From Bacteriovoracaceae bacterium (GTDB taxonomy: Bacteria; Bdellovibrionota; Bacteriovoracia; Bacteriovoracales; Bacteriovoracaceae): a stretch of DNA of 64,000 nt. A model generated the notes under the pieces. The model did not search any database, had not been told where the DNA came from, and saw only the letters and a program-made list of their open reading frames with translations. The DNA is taken from assembly GCA_965243505.1 (NCBI GenBank), contig CBDEVA010000007.1, positions 206,188-270,187 of the forward strand, in the 5' to 3' direction. How positions within the stretch are numbered: position 1 is the stretch's first letter; each line of letters opens with the position of its first letter. Below are positions 31,551-41,633 of the stretch, one piece after another. The position numbers were made by a program, and so were the translations under genes.

Positions 31551-32326
31551 TAAAGAGTTTCCATAGATTCTTTTATAGCTACCTTATTTCTATGTGCTAT
31601 ATTTAACGATTCTTTTAATGAATCTAATACTTTATTATGACCAAACTTTCTCTCTATACTACTATACTTTTTAATAATGCCCCTAAATTGCTCTCTAGAA
31701 AAATCTGGCCACTTCTCTTTAACAAAACACAATTCTGCATAACTAATTTGCCACAAAAGAAAATTAGAGATTCTTTGATCACCACCAGTTCTAATTAACA
31801 AATCAATTTCATCCACATCAGGGTTGTACAAATATTTTGCTAATCCTTTCTCCGTTATAGATTTGCCTGGATTTGTACTAATAAATTTATTAACTGCATT
31901 TACAATCTCTTGTCTTCCCCCATAAGAAAAAGCAAAGGTTAGCCTAAGACCTTTATTTAGTTTTGTTTTCTCTTCTAGTGAAATAATTCTCTTTTGAATA
32001 TCAATTGGCAAAGGAGAGACTTCTCCAATGACCCTAAATCTAATAGAATTATTAATAATTCTACTCTCTTCTTTTATAATAAACTTATTTAATAACTTAA
32101 TTAAAAATTTAATTTCATTTTCCGAACGACTCCAATTTTCATTAGAAAACGCATATAGTGTTAAGGATTCTAAATTTAAATCACAAGCTTCTTCTACTAT
32201 TTCTGTGGCAACTGATGCTCCTCGAATGTGTCCCCATGTCCTTTTATGCGAACGATTTTTCGCCCAACGACCATTTCCATCCATAATAATAGATATATGT
32301 TTTAAATGTGACTTTGAACTGTTCAT
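31550..32326 (-). CDS. uppS: undecaprenyl diphosphate synthase
   Basis: IIMDGNGRWA, and ERFG-type C-terminus. Confidence 0.9.
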   Translation of the reverse strand: MNSSKSHLKHISIIMDGNGRWAKNRSHKRTWGHIRGASVATEIVEEACDLNLESLTLYAFSNENWSRSENEIKFLIKLLNKFIIKEESRIINNSIRFRVIGEVSPLPIDIQKRIISLEEKTKLNKGLRLTFAFSYGGRQEIVNAVNKFISTNPGKSITEKGLAKYLYNPDVDEIDLLIRTGGDQRISNFLLWQISYAELCFVKEKWPDFSREQFRGIIKKYSSIERKFGHNKVLDSLKESLNIAHRNKVAIKESMETL

Positions 32327-32339
32327 AAAACTATAGCTC

Positions 32340-32897
32340 CTATATAGACATTATCTCCTTTTCTTTTGTAGCAACAATTTCATCAATTTTCTTTATATGA
32401 TTATCAGTAATAGCTTGAATCTCATTATGATATCTTCTAGCATCATCTTCTGAAATTTCTTTTTTCTTTTCTATTTCTTTTACAATGTCATTCTTATCTC
32501 TTCTATTGTTTCTCACTGCAACTCTGGAATCCTCTGCAATTTTTTTCAAGTTCTTAACTTGTTGCTTTCTTCTATCTTCTGTTAAAGAGGGAAAAGTAAT
32601 TCTTATAATATTCCCATCATTCCTAGGAGTTAATCCAATATTGCTAGCTAAAATAGCTTTCTCAATAGCTGCTATTGTATTTCTATCATAGGGTTGAATT
32701 TGCAATAGTCTTGCCTCTGGAGTACTAATTTGTCCCACTTGATTAATGGGTGTTGGCGCTCCATAATAATCAACGACAATACCATCCAATGCATTAACAG
32801 ATGCCCTACCAGTCCTAACCTTAGATAAATTATGCTTTAAGGTTTCTAGTACTTTATTCATAGAATTACTTAAATCTGTTTTAATTTCTTCAAGCAT
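32340..32897 (-). CDS. frr: ribosome recycling factor
   Basis: 185 aa. VRTGRASVNALDGIVVDYYG. Confidence 0.95.
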   Translation of the reverse strand: MLEEIKTDLSNSMNKVLETLKHNLSKVRTGRASVNALDGIVVDYYGAPTPINQVGQISTPEARLLQIQPYDRNTIAAIEKAILASNIGLTPRNDGNIIRITFPSLTEDRRKQQVKNLKKIAEDSRVAVRNNRRDKNDIVKEIEKKKEISEDDARRYHNEIQAITDNHIKKIDEIVATKEKEIMSI

Positions 32898-32910
32898 TTT
32901 TTCTCCTTAA

Positions 32911-33621
32911 TTAATTTATTATAGTCCCTATTTTTTCACCATTTACAACTTTCATAATATTACCAGATTTGAATGCATCAAAAACAATTATATCAATATT
33001 ATTATCCATACATAGGGTAATAGCTGTGCTATCCATAACTTTAATCTTTTTGTTTATAACATCAATATAATTTATATGATCATATCTGCTAGCATCTTTA
33101 TGCTTAAGGGGATCTTTATCATATAATCCATCTACCTTTGTAGCTTTTAATAAAACATCTGCATCTATCTCATTAGATCTAAGTGCTGCAGCAGTATCAG
33201 TAGTAAAGTATGGATTTCCAGTACCAGCAGCAAAAATAACTACTCTCTTTTTAACTAAATGCCTAAGAGCTCTTCTTCTAATATATGGTTCAGCAATCCT
33301 ATCCATTTTAACAGCAGTTAAAACTCTAGTATTTACTCCTGCTTTTTCCAAAACATCTTGTAGGGCAATAGAGTTAATAACAGTAGCAAGCATCCCCATA
33401 TGATCAGAACTTGTTCTATCCATACCCGTTCTAGAGGTACTTTCAATACCTCTATGAATATTACCACCTCCTAAAACTATAGCTACTTCTACTCCTGTTT
33501 TATGTAATTCTTTTATTTCACCAGAAAGACTCTCTAAAGGTTCTATAGAGATACCATATCCCCCTTGACCAGATAATGCCTCTCCTGAAATTTTTAATAA
33601 GATTCTTTTATATTTCATCAC
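32911..33621 (-). CDS. pyrH: UMP kinase
   Basis: [12 protein letters not shown], and [19 protein letters not shown]. Confidence 0.95.
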   Translation of the reverse strand: MMKYKRILLKISGEALSGQGGYGISIEPLESLSGEIKELHKTGVEVAIVLGGGNIHRGIESTSRTGMDRTSSDHMGMLATVINSIALQDVLEKAGVNTRVLTAVKMDRIAEPYIRRRALRHLVKKRVVIFAAGTGNPYFTTDTAAALRSNEIDADVLLKATKVDGLYDKDPLKHKDASRYDHINYIDVINKKIKVMDSTAITLCMDNNIDIIVFDAFKSGNIMKVVNGEKIGTIIN

Positions 33622-34508
33622 TAATGACCTTTCGTCATCTTAGCTACTTCCTCTGCTAAATTATCCTGCTTTTTTTCAATCTCATCGCCAAGATTCATTC
33701 TGTAAAACCTTTTTATAACAATATTATAATTATGCTTCTTAGAAAAATCTTCTACATATTTTTTTACCTTTATATCAGGATCTTTTACATAAGGTTGTTC
33801 TAATAAACATATAGAAGAAGATAATTTATTAAGCTTTCCCATCACAATCTTAGGAATAATCTTATCAGGTTTACCTTCTGCTTTTAATTGAGCAACATAG
33901 ATGTCTTCTTCTCTTTTTTTGTAATTATCATCAATATCACTTGCAGCTATAAATTGAGGATCAGAGGCAGCAATATGCATAGAAATATCTTTGGTAAATG
34001 TATCAAGCTCAGAATCTATTTTATTTGCACCTTCAATATCTACTAAAATTCCAATTCTACCGCCATGATTATAATGACCAATACAACCATTAGTATCAAT
34101 ATTTACAAACCTTCTAATATCAATTTTCTCGCCACACTTAATAGTTAGGTCGCTAACATCGCTACTTTTTGCTTCCTTTAATTGCGATATATCTGATAAA
34201 TTATTTTCCAAAATATATTCAGCTACATTTTTTGTAAAACTCTTAAAATCATCTCCTTTGGCGACAAAATCTGTTTCACAATTAACTTCCACCATGACTG
34301 CTTTATTATCCTTTAATAAAATATGCACAGCACCCTCAGCAGCAACACGGCTTTGTTTCTTTTGTGCCATTGCTAATCCTTTTTTTCTCAAATAATCAAT
34401 AGCTGCTTCAAAATCTCCACTTGTCTCTTTAAGAGCTTCTTTGCAAGACATCATTCCTGCACCAGTGGCCTCTCTTAATTTTTTTATCTCACCTGAAGTA
34501 ATTCCCAT
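33621..34508 (-). CDS. tsf: elongation factor Ts
   Basis: [17 protein letters not shown]-terminal UBA-like motif. Confidence 0.95.
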   Translation of the reverse strand: MGITSGEIKKLREATGAGMMSCKEALKETSGDFEAAIDYLRKKGLAMAQKKQSRVAAEGAVHILLKDNKAVMVEVNCETDFVAKGDDFKSFTKNVAEYILENNLSDISQLKEAKSSDVSDLTIKCGEKIDIRRFVNIDTNGCIGHYNHGGRIGILVDIEGANKIDSELDTFTKDISMHIAASDPQFIAASDIDDNYKKREEDIYVAQLKAEGKPDKIIPKIVMGKLNKLSSSICLLEQPYVKDPDIKVKKYVEDFSKKHNYNIVIKRFYRMNLGDEIEKKQDNLAEEVAKMTKGH

Positions 34509-34541
34509 CTTACACCTCTATACTTACTAATAAATTTATAA

Positions 34542-35321
34542 TTATTCTTGAAGATCAATATCTTTTTCAAATTTAGAAATTATTTCATTATCTACTAAAG
34601 AATTTTTACTACCTTCCTCACTACCTTTTCTCTTTACTCCCTTTGCTCCTTCTCTTATAGAATCAGCTAAATATTCTGAAAAAAGAGTTATAGTCTTTAA
34701 AGAGTCATCATTAGCTGGAATTATATAGTCAATACCATCTGGACTACAATTAGTATCAACAACTGCAACTATAGGAATATTTAATGTCTTTGCTTCTTGA
34801 ACTGCAATACTTTCGTTATCAGGATCTATTATAACTATCGCCCCTGGAACCTTTCTCATATCTCTAATACCACCAATATTTCTGTCTAGCTTATTAACTT
34901 CCTTTTCTACTTTTGCCTTTTCCTTCTTTGTTAACATATTAAAGTCACCAGTTTCTTTCATACGATCAACTTTTCTAAGCTTATCAATTGAAAGAGCTAT
35001 GGTTTTAAAATTAGTTAGCATTCCTCCTAACCATCTATGAGTTACATAAAAAGCTCCGCATGATTGTGCCGCCTTTTTCATTGCCTCTGATGCTTGCCTC
35101 TTTGTTCCTACAAAAAGTATTGGCCTATCCTCACTAGATACTTTTTTAAGAAAGTCATATGCTTTTTTTGCCAAATCAACTGTTTGTGCTAAATCGATGA
35201 CATATATTCCATTTTTTTCCCCGTATACATACTTTTTCATCTTAGGATTCCATTTATGAGTCTGATGACCAAAATGTGCCCCTACTTCCAATAGATCTTT
35301 TAGTTGAATTTCTCTAGACAT
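34542..35321 (-). CDS. rpsB: 30S ribosomal protein S2
   Basis: LLEVGAHFGHQTHKWNPKM. Start at the internal ATG (35319-35321), preceded by GAGAGG. Confidence 0.95.
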   Translation of the reverse strand: MSREIQLKDLLEVGAHFGHQTHKWNPKMKKYVYGEKNGIYVIDLAQTVDLAKKAYDFLKKVSSEDRPILFVGTKRQASEAMKKAAQSCGAFYVTHRWLGGMLTNFKTIALSIDKLRKVDRMKETGDFNMLTKKEKAKVEKEVNKLDRNIGGIRDMRKVPGAIVIIDPDNESIAVQEAKTLNIPIVAVVDTNCSPDGIDYIIPANDDSLKTITLFSEYLADSIREGAKGVKRKGSEEGSKNSLVDNEIISKFEKDIDLQE

Positions 35322-35507
35322 TAAAATACCTCTCGTGGTTAATCTAATCACCCTTGTTGCAAGCTACTACTTAGTATGCTTGACCACAAACTAAGAATGA
35401 CTGTTATTTCCCTTAAGTACTTAAGGGGTTTAGACTTGATAACACAGTGGAATAAAAGGAGCAAGCTTATAGATAACTTAAACTTTATATGCTATGCAAA
35501 ATTAGAT

Positions 35508-37712
35508 TTATAATTCTTTGGCATTGAGAACTTTTCTTCTCTTAGATCCTTCAGCAGGGCCTACGATATTTCTTCTCTCTAGCTCTTCGATAAGATTTGC
35601 CGCTCTATTATAACCAATTTTCAAATGCCTCTGTAGCATTGATGCACTAGCTGTTCCATAATCCACAACCAAGCTTACTGCCTTATCATAAAGTTCATCA
35701 TCTGACTGATTACTATTTTCCCAAAAATGAGAAACTTCTCCTGTTCTCTCCTTTTTCTCCTCCATGAACTTAATAGCATCAGGTAAAAATTCTTGGGTAA
35801 TTGTCGATAAATTACGATTTAATGCCTCTACTTCATTCTCCTCAACAAGCGGAGAATGAGCTCTTCTGTTAATTGTTCCATATCTATACAGCATATCGCC
35901 TTTTCCTAGAAGTTTTTCTGCTCCAATATCACTTAAGATAGTTCTAGAATCCGCTCCAGATGTAACCTTAAAGGAAATTCTGGTAGGAAAGTTAGATTTG
36001 ATTAATCCTGTAATAACATCAACCGATGGTCTTTGAGTTGCAATTATCAAATGCATACCTGCGGCCCTAGCTTTAGCTGCCAACCTACAAATATTATTTT
36101 CAACATCTTTTCCACCTCTAGTTAAAATTAAGTCGGCAAATTCATCAATTATTATAATAAAGTAAGGCAGAGAAAAATCCTTAGTTCCTTCGCTATAATA
36201 TGGTCTAATTTTATCTAAAGACTTTTTATCCAATCGACTACACTTTTGATTAAACCCATCTAAACTTCTAACTCCAAATTCTCTAAGTATAGAGTATCTA
36301 CGATCCATTTCTTGACAGGCCCAGCGCAAAGCAATTCCTGCTACACTAGCATCAGTAATAACTGGCAATGCCAAATGTGGTAGATTCTCATATGGCATCA
36401 ACTCTAGTTGTTTGGGGTCAATCAAAATTAATTTCATTTGATTAGGTAGTTTTTTAGCTATCAAAGATATTAAAACAGAGTTTATAAATACTGATTTACC
36501 AGAACCAGTAGTCCCTGCAACTAACATATGGGGCATTGCTGACAAATCAACTACAAAAGAATCTCCAAATACATCTCTACCCATTACAATTGGCAAACGA
36601 TAGGAAGTGTTTTTAAATTCTGTAGAAGATAAAAGCTCTCCTAAACTAATAGTTGTTCTAGGATTTCTAGGTATTTCTATTCCAACTGTAGTTCTTCCAA
36701 TCATAGGATAGACAATACGAATGGCGGTACCTGAAAGAGCAATACTCAATTCATTTTCAGCACTTATAACTTGAGAGATTTTTACTCCACTACCTAGAGC
36801 TAACTCAAAGGTATCAACAACTGGTCCCTTTAATATATTTATAATTTTGCCATCAATCTTAAATTCAGATAATTTTTGCTCTATTATATTTTTTATCTCT
36901 TGAAAATAACTATTCTTTACTTCATTTAGTTTTTCTTTACTTGGCTTATTTAAAGAGCTGTGAACTAAATTATAATACTGCTTATCACTACTAGCTTTTG
37001 AATTTGATTTTCCAATATTTTTAATACTTTTAATCTTCTCTTTTATAGTGGACTCTTTCTTATCTGTAGGTTCTTCTTTATGAGATGAGGCTTTGCCATT
37101 TTCTCCTTTTAGTGCTGACAAAATTTTTAAATGAGAATTTACACTAATTTTATTTTTAACACTAGATACTTTGCTTTTTGTTTTTTGAAATATTGATAAA
37201 GATAATGGATCCTTTACATATCTAAATGAAGCAAAAAATTCTTTAACTACAGTAAAAAAATTACCTCTATATGTTCCAAACAAAAATAAAATCATCGCTA
37301 TAACTCCAAACAGCAGCACAATATTACTAGAAAAATTAGTTTTTATTAAATATAAAATTCCCTCTCCTAGTACATTAGGAGCTAAACAATAAGATAAACA
37401 TAAACAAGCAATAACTAATGCAAAAACATTTAAGGTATCAGTAATAAATAATCTTTTTGAAAAAATAAAAATATAAAATAAGCAAAAAATAGCAAAAGTA
37501 AACAATGTCCATAAACCTGTATAATATTCAACATACATTGCCGCAGAAATAAAATAATAAGAAATAAAACTATAAGATTTATTTGTAGATGTTATTACAA
37601 ATGCATTATCAGGAATCATATCATCTGGATATAAAGACAAAAAAGAAATTATTGTCAAAATAAACAATAAAAATAGCTCTGTTTTTAATACTTTAGATAC
37701 AAAGTTTTGCAT
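35508..37712 (-). CDS. ftsK: DNA translocase FtsK
   Basis: N-terminal membrane helices, Walker A GTTGSGKS, and a C-terminal gamma winged helix SASMLQRHLKIGYNRAANLIEELE. Confidence 0.9.
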   Translation of the reverse strand: MQNFVSKVLKTELFLLFILTIISFLSLYPDDMIPDNAFVITSTNKSYSFISYYFISAAMYVEYYTGLWTLFTFAIFCLFYIFIFSKRLFITDTLNVFALVIACLCLSYCLAPNVLGEGILYLIKTNFSSNIVLLFGVIAMILFLFGTYRGNFFTVVKEFFASFRYVKDPLSLSIFQKTKSKVSSVKNKISVNSHLKILSALKGENGKASSHKEEPTDKKESTIKEKIKSIKNIGKSNSKASSDKQYYNLVHSSLNKPSKEKLNEVKNSYFQEIKNIIEQKLSEFKIDGKIINILKGPVVDTFELALGSGVKISQVISAENELSIALSGTAIRIVYPMIGRTTVGIEIPRNPRTTISLGELLSSTEFKNTSYRLPIVMGRDVFGDSFVVDLSAMPHMLVAGTTGSGKSVFINSVLISLIAKKLPNQMKLILIDPKQLELMPYENLPHLALPVITDASVAGIALRWACQEMDRRYSILREFGVRSLDGFNQKCSRLDKKSLDKIRPYYSEGTKDFSLPYFIIIIDEFADLILTRGGKDVENNICRLAAKARAAGMHLIIATQRPSVDVITGLIKSNFPTRISFKVTSGADSRTILSDIGAEKLLGKGDMLYRYGTINRRAHSPLVEENEVEALNRNLSTITQEFLPDAIKFMEEKKERTGEVSHFWENSNQSDDELYDKAVSLVVDYGTASASMLQRHLKIGYNRAANLIEELERRNIVGPAEGSKRRKVLNAKEL

Positions 37713-37955
37713 ACTTAATTTTAATAATTATATGGTCTTGCGTATATAGATAAAAATAAATTATGCTAATAAATACTATATAAAAGTAATAGGATATTCC
37801 TATAAAAATGATATTGCTGGTTTTGTTTTTTGTAAAAAGAAAAATAGTAACATAAGCTATATTATGCAATGCAGAGCCTGTAATAACAGAAAAGTTCAGT
37901 TATATTACAGAAAGATTAACAAGATGTTAATTAAGTAAATGACAAGGATGTTTAT

Positions 37956-38225
37956 ATGAAGCACTCAAAATCCATTAATAATGCTATAAAACAACAAGTA
38001 TTAAGAAATAATTTAATTCAAACTAAACATTTTAAAAAAAGATTAAAGGAAAGAAATATCACAATGGGTGATACTATTAATGTAATTAATGCTGGTAGAT
38101 TACTAGAAGACAGAAGTGAAGGTGAAAATCGTTATATTATTGAAACTAGAAAATTTAGACTCTCATTGGCAGTAGATAGGGAAACAAAAGAAGTAATTCT
38201 CATAACCATTATAAGAAAAAGCTAG
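37956..38225 (+). CDS. DUF4258-like putative toxin
   Basis: 89 aa, HFKKRLKERNIT...VILITIIRK pattern. It sits directly upstream of the MqsA-like antitoxin gene. Confidence 0.5.
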   Translation: MKHSKSINNAIKQQVLRNNLIQTKHFKKRLKERNITMGDTINVINAGRLLEDRSEGENRYIIETRKFRLSLAVDRETKEVILITIIRKS

Positions 38226-38251
38226 GTTATCAATAAAATACCTGAGCTAGT

Positions 38252-38285
38252 TTGACTGTAATCTGGAATTGACTTAAAGTCAATT
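38252..38285 (+). promoter_or_regulatory. candidate promoter with overlapping palindromic operator upstream of the antitoxin gene
   Basis: TTGACT (38252-38257), a 17-nt spacer, then TAAAGT (38275-38280). The 19-nt palindrome AATTGAC-TTAAA-GTCAATT (38267-38285) overlaps the -10. Confidence 0.3.
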
Positions 38286-38327
38286 TTAGTACATATTGCT
38301 TTTTTAACAACACAAAGAAGGACTGAA

Positions 38328-38804
38328 ATGAAGTGTTATAGCTGTAATATTAAACTACATAAAACTATAGAAAAATTTTATAGATACTTAGAATCTGGAC
38401 TTTCAAACATTTATCTTAAAAATATAGAAATTAAAAAATGCCATAAATGTGGAGAAGAACTAACTTCTATACCCAATATAGAGGGATTACATAATCTTAT
38501 AGCTACAACTATTGCTCATAAAAAATATAAGCTTCTTCCAGAAGAAATAAGATTTTTAAGAACTCATTTAGGATTTTCTTCAAAAGATTTCGCACAGTTT
38601 ATAGGAGTAACTCCAGAGACAGTTACTCGTTGGGAAAAAGGCTCTGTTAATATGAAAGATCCTATTGAAAAGCTATTAAGGGTGTTAATTATTGCAAAAG
38701 CTGGTCCTTTTAGAAATTATGAAGACTTAAATATGTTTTCTAATAAAAAAATTAAACAAAAAAAAGTATTTACTTTTAAATCTAGCTGGAAAGAAGCTGC
38801 TTAA
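38328..38804 (+). CDS. MqsA-family antitoxin (zinc ribbon + XRE HTH)
   Basis: CYSC...CHKCGE zinc ribbon, followed by LRTHLGFSSKDFAQFIGVTPETVTRWEKG HTH. Confidence 0.65.
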   Translation: MKCYSCNIKLHKTIEKFYRYLESGLSNIYLKNIEIKKCHKCGEELTSIPNIEGLHNLIATTIAHKKYKLLPEEIRFLRTHLGFSSKDFAQFIGVTPETVTRWEKGSVNMKDPIEKLLRVLIIAKAGPFRNYEDLNMFSNKKIKQKKVFTFKSSWKEAA

Positions 38805-38866
38805 TTATAGCTTATTAATATGTATCATAATAAAATTTGAAATTCTTCCGCATCCTACTATATATT

Positions 38867-39847
38867 CTATGCAACATCAAAATCATCTAAATCCAAAGAT
38901 ATTATTCTTTGTGAAAATACTTTGTGAAATGCCTCTGCCCTATCATGAAACCACTTAAATAATTCATTCCAAGATAACTTATTTTCAAAATCACCATCAT
39001 TATATTGAATAATACGACTTGCAATTCTATGTGGTAACTCTTCCCATTCAAGTTTTGTCCCTAATTCTGATTCAATAGAGTCTTTTTCTTTTGAAAGTAA
39101 GCTAAAAGCTAATTTAGATTCTGATACTCCTATGTACAGTCCAACACCTACGCACTTTGTTCTAGAGTTTAAAGTTAATGATAGATGAAATCCAGATCTA
39201 CCAACTGAAATATCATACCAATGTTGAGGTCTGGCCTTTCTTAAACTTAAAAATGTATTCTTAGATTTCATAAATTCAATTAAACCTAGCCAAAATTCTC
39301 GCTGAAGCAGTTTAGTATCAGTATATTCTCTTTCACTGAAGTTAGCTGTATTTATGTTTCTTGCCCAATCATTTGGTTGAGATACTAAATTAAACTTTGG
39401 AGCTGGAAAAGAATCGCCAATTTGCCATAATTCCATTTCTAAACCAAAAAAAGAAACTCCATCATTAGTCATTTCATTTAACCAGTCCAATGTTTTTTTA
39501 TGTTCTTCACAAATATTTTTTGCAATCCAAACAACAGCAACGGCATCATATCCAGAAGCATATGTTAGTAATTGTCCTAAGTGGTTATGGTTTGTTTTTT
39601 CTAGCTGATTTTCTATAACAACAAACTTATTAGAATCAGTATCTTTTGCAAGTATATCAACTTTGAAGCTGCCAACTGACCTTTCCCTACCAATTAATTC
39701 AAGATCAATGCGTATTGTCTCACTTAGAAGCTTTAAATTTTCTTCATTTGCTAACCAAGGTGTAAAATCTCTAGCTTCATCTTCCCAGTATTCACGAAGT
39801 TCAACAGGTGCTAAATTTCCAAGCTTTTTTACTTTTCCATTAAACAT
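38867..39847 (-). CDS. DUF4268-like protein with N-terminal PD-(D/E)XK (NucS-like) nuclease fold
   Basis: REYWEDEARDFTPWL, FKVDILAKD...VVIENQLEKTNHNHLGQLLTY. Start at the ATG at 39847, preceded by GGAGA. Confidence 0.5.
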   Translation of the reverse strand: MFNGKVKKLGNLAPVELREYWEDEARDFTPWLANEENLKLLSETIRIDLELIGRERSVGSFKVDILAKDTDSNKFVVIENQLEKTNHNHLGQLLTYASGYDAVAVVWIAKNICEEHKKTLDWLNEMTNDGVSFFGLEMELWQIGDSFPAPKFNLVSQPNDWARNINTANFSEREYTDTKLLQREFWLGLIEFMKSKNTFLSLRKARPQHWYDISVGRSGFHLSLTLNSRTKCVGVGLYIGVSESKLAFSLLSKEKDSIESELGTKLEWEELPHRIASRIIQYNDGDFENKLSWNELFKWFHDRAEAFHKVFSQRIISLDLDDFDVA

Positions 39848-40090
39848 ACTTATCTCCACTAGTAATAATACAATATCGGAATACTCAGACATTTCTTAAA
39901 TGGTATAATAACCAATAATTTCAAATAATTATTTTTTTTAAACACCTAGAACCGCCTATTTCTTATACTAGCATTTTCTTATGTAATAAATATCCAAAAT
40001 TATATAGTTATCCCTATTTAATTTCAGTTAGTTATATTGACATTAGTACAATTTTGCCAGTTAACTGGTAAAATTGTACCATATATAAAT

Positions 40091-41242
40091 ATGATTAAAA
40101 GAGAAGCGTTTAATATATTAAAAACACTAGAAAAAGGATACCCTGTAATATCCATAACTGGCCCTAGGCAGTCTGGGAAAACAACTTTAGCTAAATTAGC
40201 ATTTTCAAACAAGGAGTATGTATCTTTGGAAACTCCGACAAATCTAGATTTTGCCATAAATGATCCCACCTCATTTTTAAAAAAATATCAAAAAGGAGCA
40301 ATTATAGATGAGGCTCAAAAAGCACCTCTTTTGTTCTCATACCTACAAGAGATAGTAGATAAAAGTAAAATTATGGGACAATTTATATTAACAGGTTCAC
40401 AACAATTTGGACTTTTATCAAAAATTACTCAATCACTTGCAGGTAGAGTAGGAAATCTTGAACTATTGCCTTTATCTATTTTAGAGCTAGATACACTCTG
40501 TTCTGATATTTATCAGCAAATATTTACAGGATTTTATCCATCTATTTACGATAGAGAGCTTAACCCTACAATATGGTATGAAGACTATGTAAAAACATAC
40601 TTAGAAAGAGATGTAAAAGAATTAATTAATATTAAAGACTTAAGAACATTTAGAAATTTTTTAAAATTATGCGCTGTAAGAAATGGTCAAATCTTAAATA
40701 TAACAGAGCTTTGTAATGATGCTAATATCAATAGAAAGACTGCTAATTCATGGCTTTCTGTATTAGAACAAAGTTACATTATTCATTTTTTACATCCTTA
40801 CACAAAAAGCTTTTCAAAAAGAATAGTGAAATCTCCCAAACTATATTTTTATGATTCTGGTCTAGTTTCCTATTTATTAGGAATTAGAAGCAGTAAAGAC
40901 ATCTTCTTAAGTCCTTTTAAAGGAGCATTATTTGAATCCATGATTATATCTGAAATGAAAAAATTCAATATGAATCATAGAAAAGCAATAGATTTTTATT
41001 TCTGGAGAGATAATAAAGGTATAGAAATTGATGTAATTTTTGAAACTGCTCAAAAAATTAATTCTATTGAAATAAAATCAAGTTCAACAATACAAAATGA
41101 TTTTTTTAAAAACTTAAAAAGTTATCAAAGTTATGTGGGTAAAGAACATGGAAATTCATTTTTAATTTATGGTGGGGATCAAATTCAAGATAGAAAAATA
41201 GCTAAAGCCATACCCTGGATAAAGATAAGTGAGATTTTTTAA
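40091..41242 (+). CDS. AAA-superfamily ATPase (DUF4143-type)
   Basis: Walker A GPRQSGKTTL, Walker B-like IIDEAQ, C-terminal DUF4143-like region. The ATG at 40091 is preferred over the TTG at 40037. Confidence 0.7.
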   Translation: MIKREAFNILKTLEKGYPVISITGPRQSGKTTLAKLAFSNKEYVSLETPTNLDFAINDPTSFLKKYQKGAIIDEAQKAPLLFSYLQEIVDKSKIMGQFILTGSQQFGLLSKITQSLAGRVGNLELLPLSILELDTLCSDIYQQIFTGFYPSIYDRELNPTIWYEDYVKTYLERDVKELINIKDLRTFRNFLKLCAVRNGQILNITELCNDANINRKTANSWLSVLEQSYIIHFLHPYTKSFSKRIVKSPKLYFYDSGLVSYLLGIRSSKDIFLSPFKGALFESMIISEMKKFNMNHRKAIDFYFWRDNKGIEIDVIFETAQKINSIEIKSSSTIQNDFFKNLKSYQSYVGKEHGNSFLIYGGDQIQDRKIAKAIPWIKISEIF

Positions 41243-41420
41243 TACTATCTAACTTCATAACTACATAGCTATGCATTAAATATAAAATAATACTACTAAA
41301 ATAGATTACTATAATAAAAAACTTTAATCTTATGACTTAAATTTCCGAAAATATAGTATCTGCCTATCTGGGCCTCTAAAGATTTAGGTGGTATTATTAT
41401 AATAATTGGAGTAAATAATC

Positions 41421-41624
41421 ATGTGGGATAAATTTATTAAATATATGAAAGATCAGCTTAATAATAAAGAAAAAGACAGTAGTAAAATCAGTATTATTGA
41501 TTTTATTTTTCGAGGAAAAGGGACCGTCAGAGAACCTTTCATAGACCCTAAAGAAGCGTGGAAAAACAATAAAGATATCAGAGAAAAAATTATTAAAAGC
41601 ATTCAGAAGAAACAAGAATCTTAA
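41421..41624 (+). CDS. small hydrophilic protein, unknown
   Basis: 67-aa ORF ending 9 nt upstream of the next gene. No motif recognised. Confidence 0.3.
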   Translation: MWDKFIKYMKDQLNNKEKDSSKISIIDFIFRGKGTVREPFIDPKEAWKNNKDIREKIIKSIQKKQES

Positions 41625-41633
41625 ATATAGCAC

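Noticed and set aside
35410-35427. Perfect palindrome CCCTTAAG-TA-CTTAAGGG between ftsK and rpsB. Considered as an ftsK terminator or an rpsB leader element.
   Set aside because: No T-tract follows it on the minus strand, and I cannot match it to a known S2 leader structure. It is kept only as an observation.
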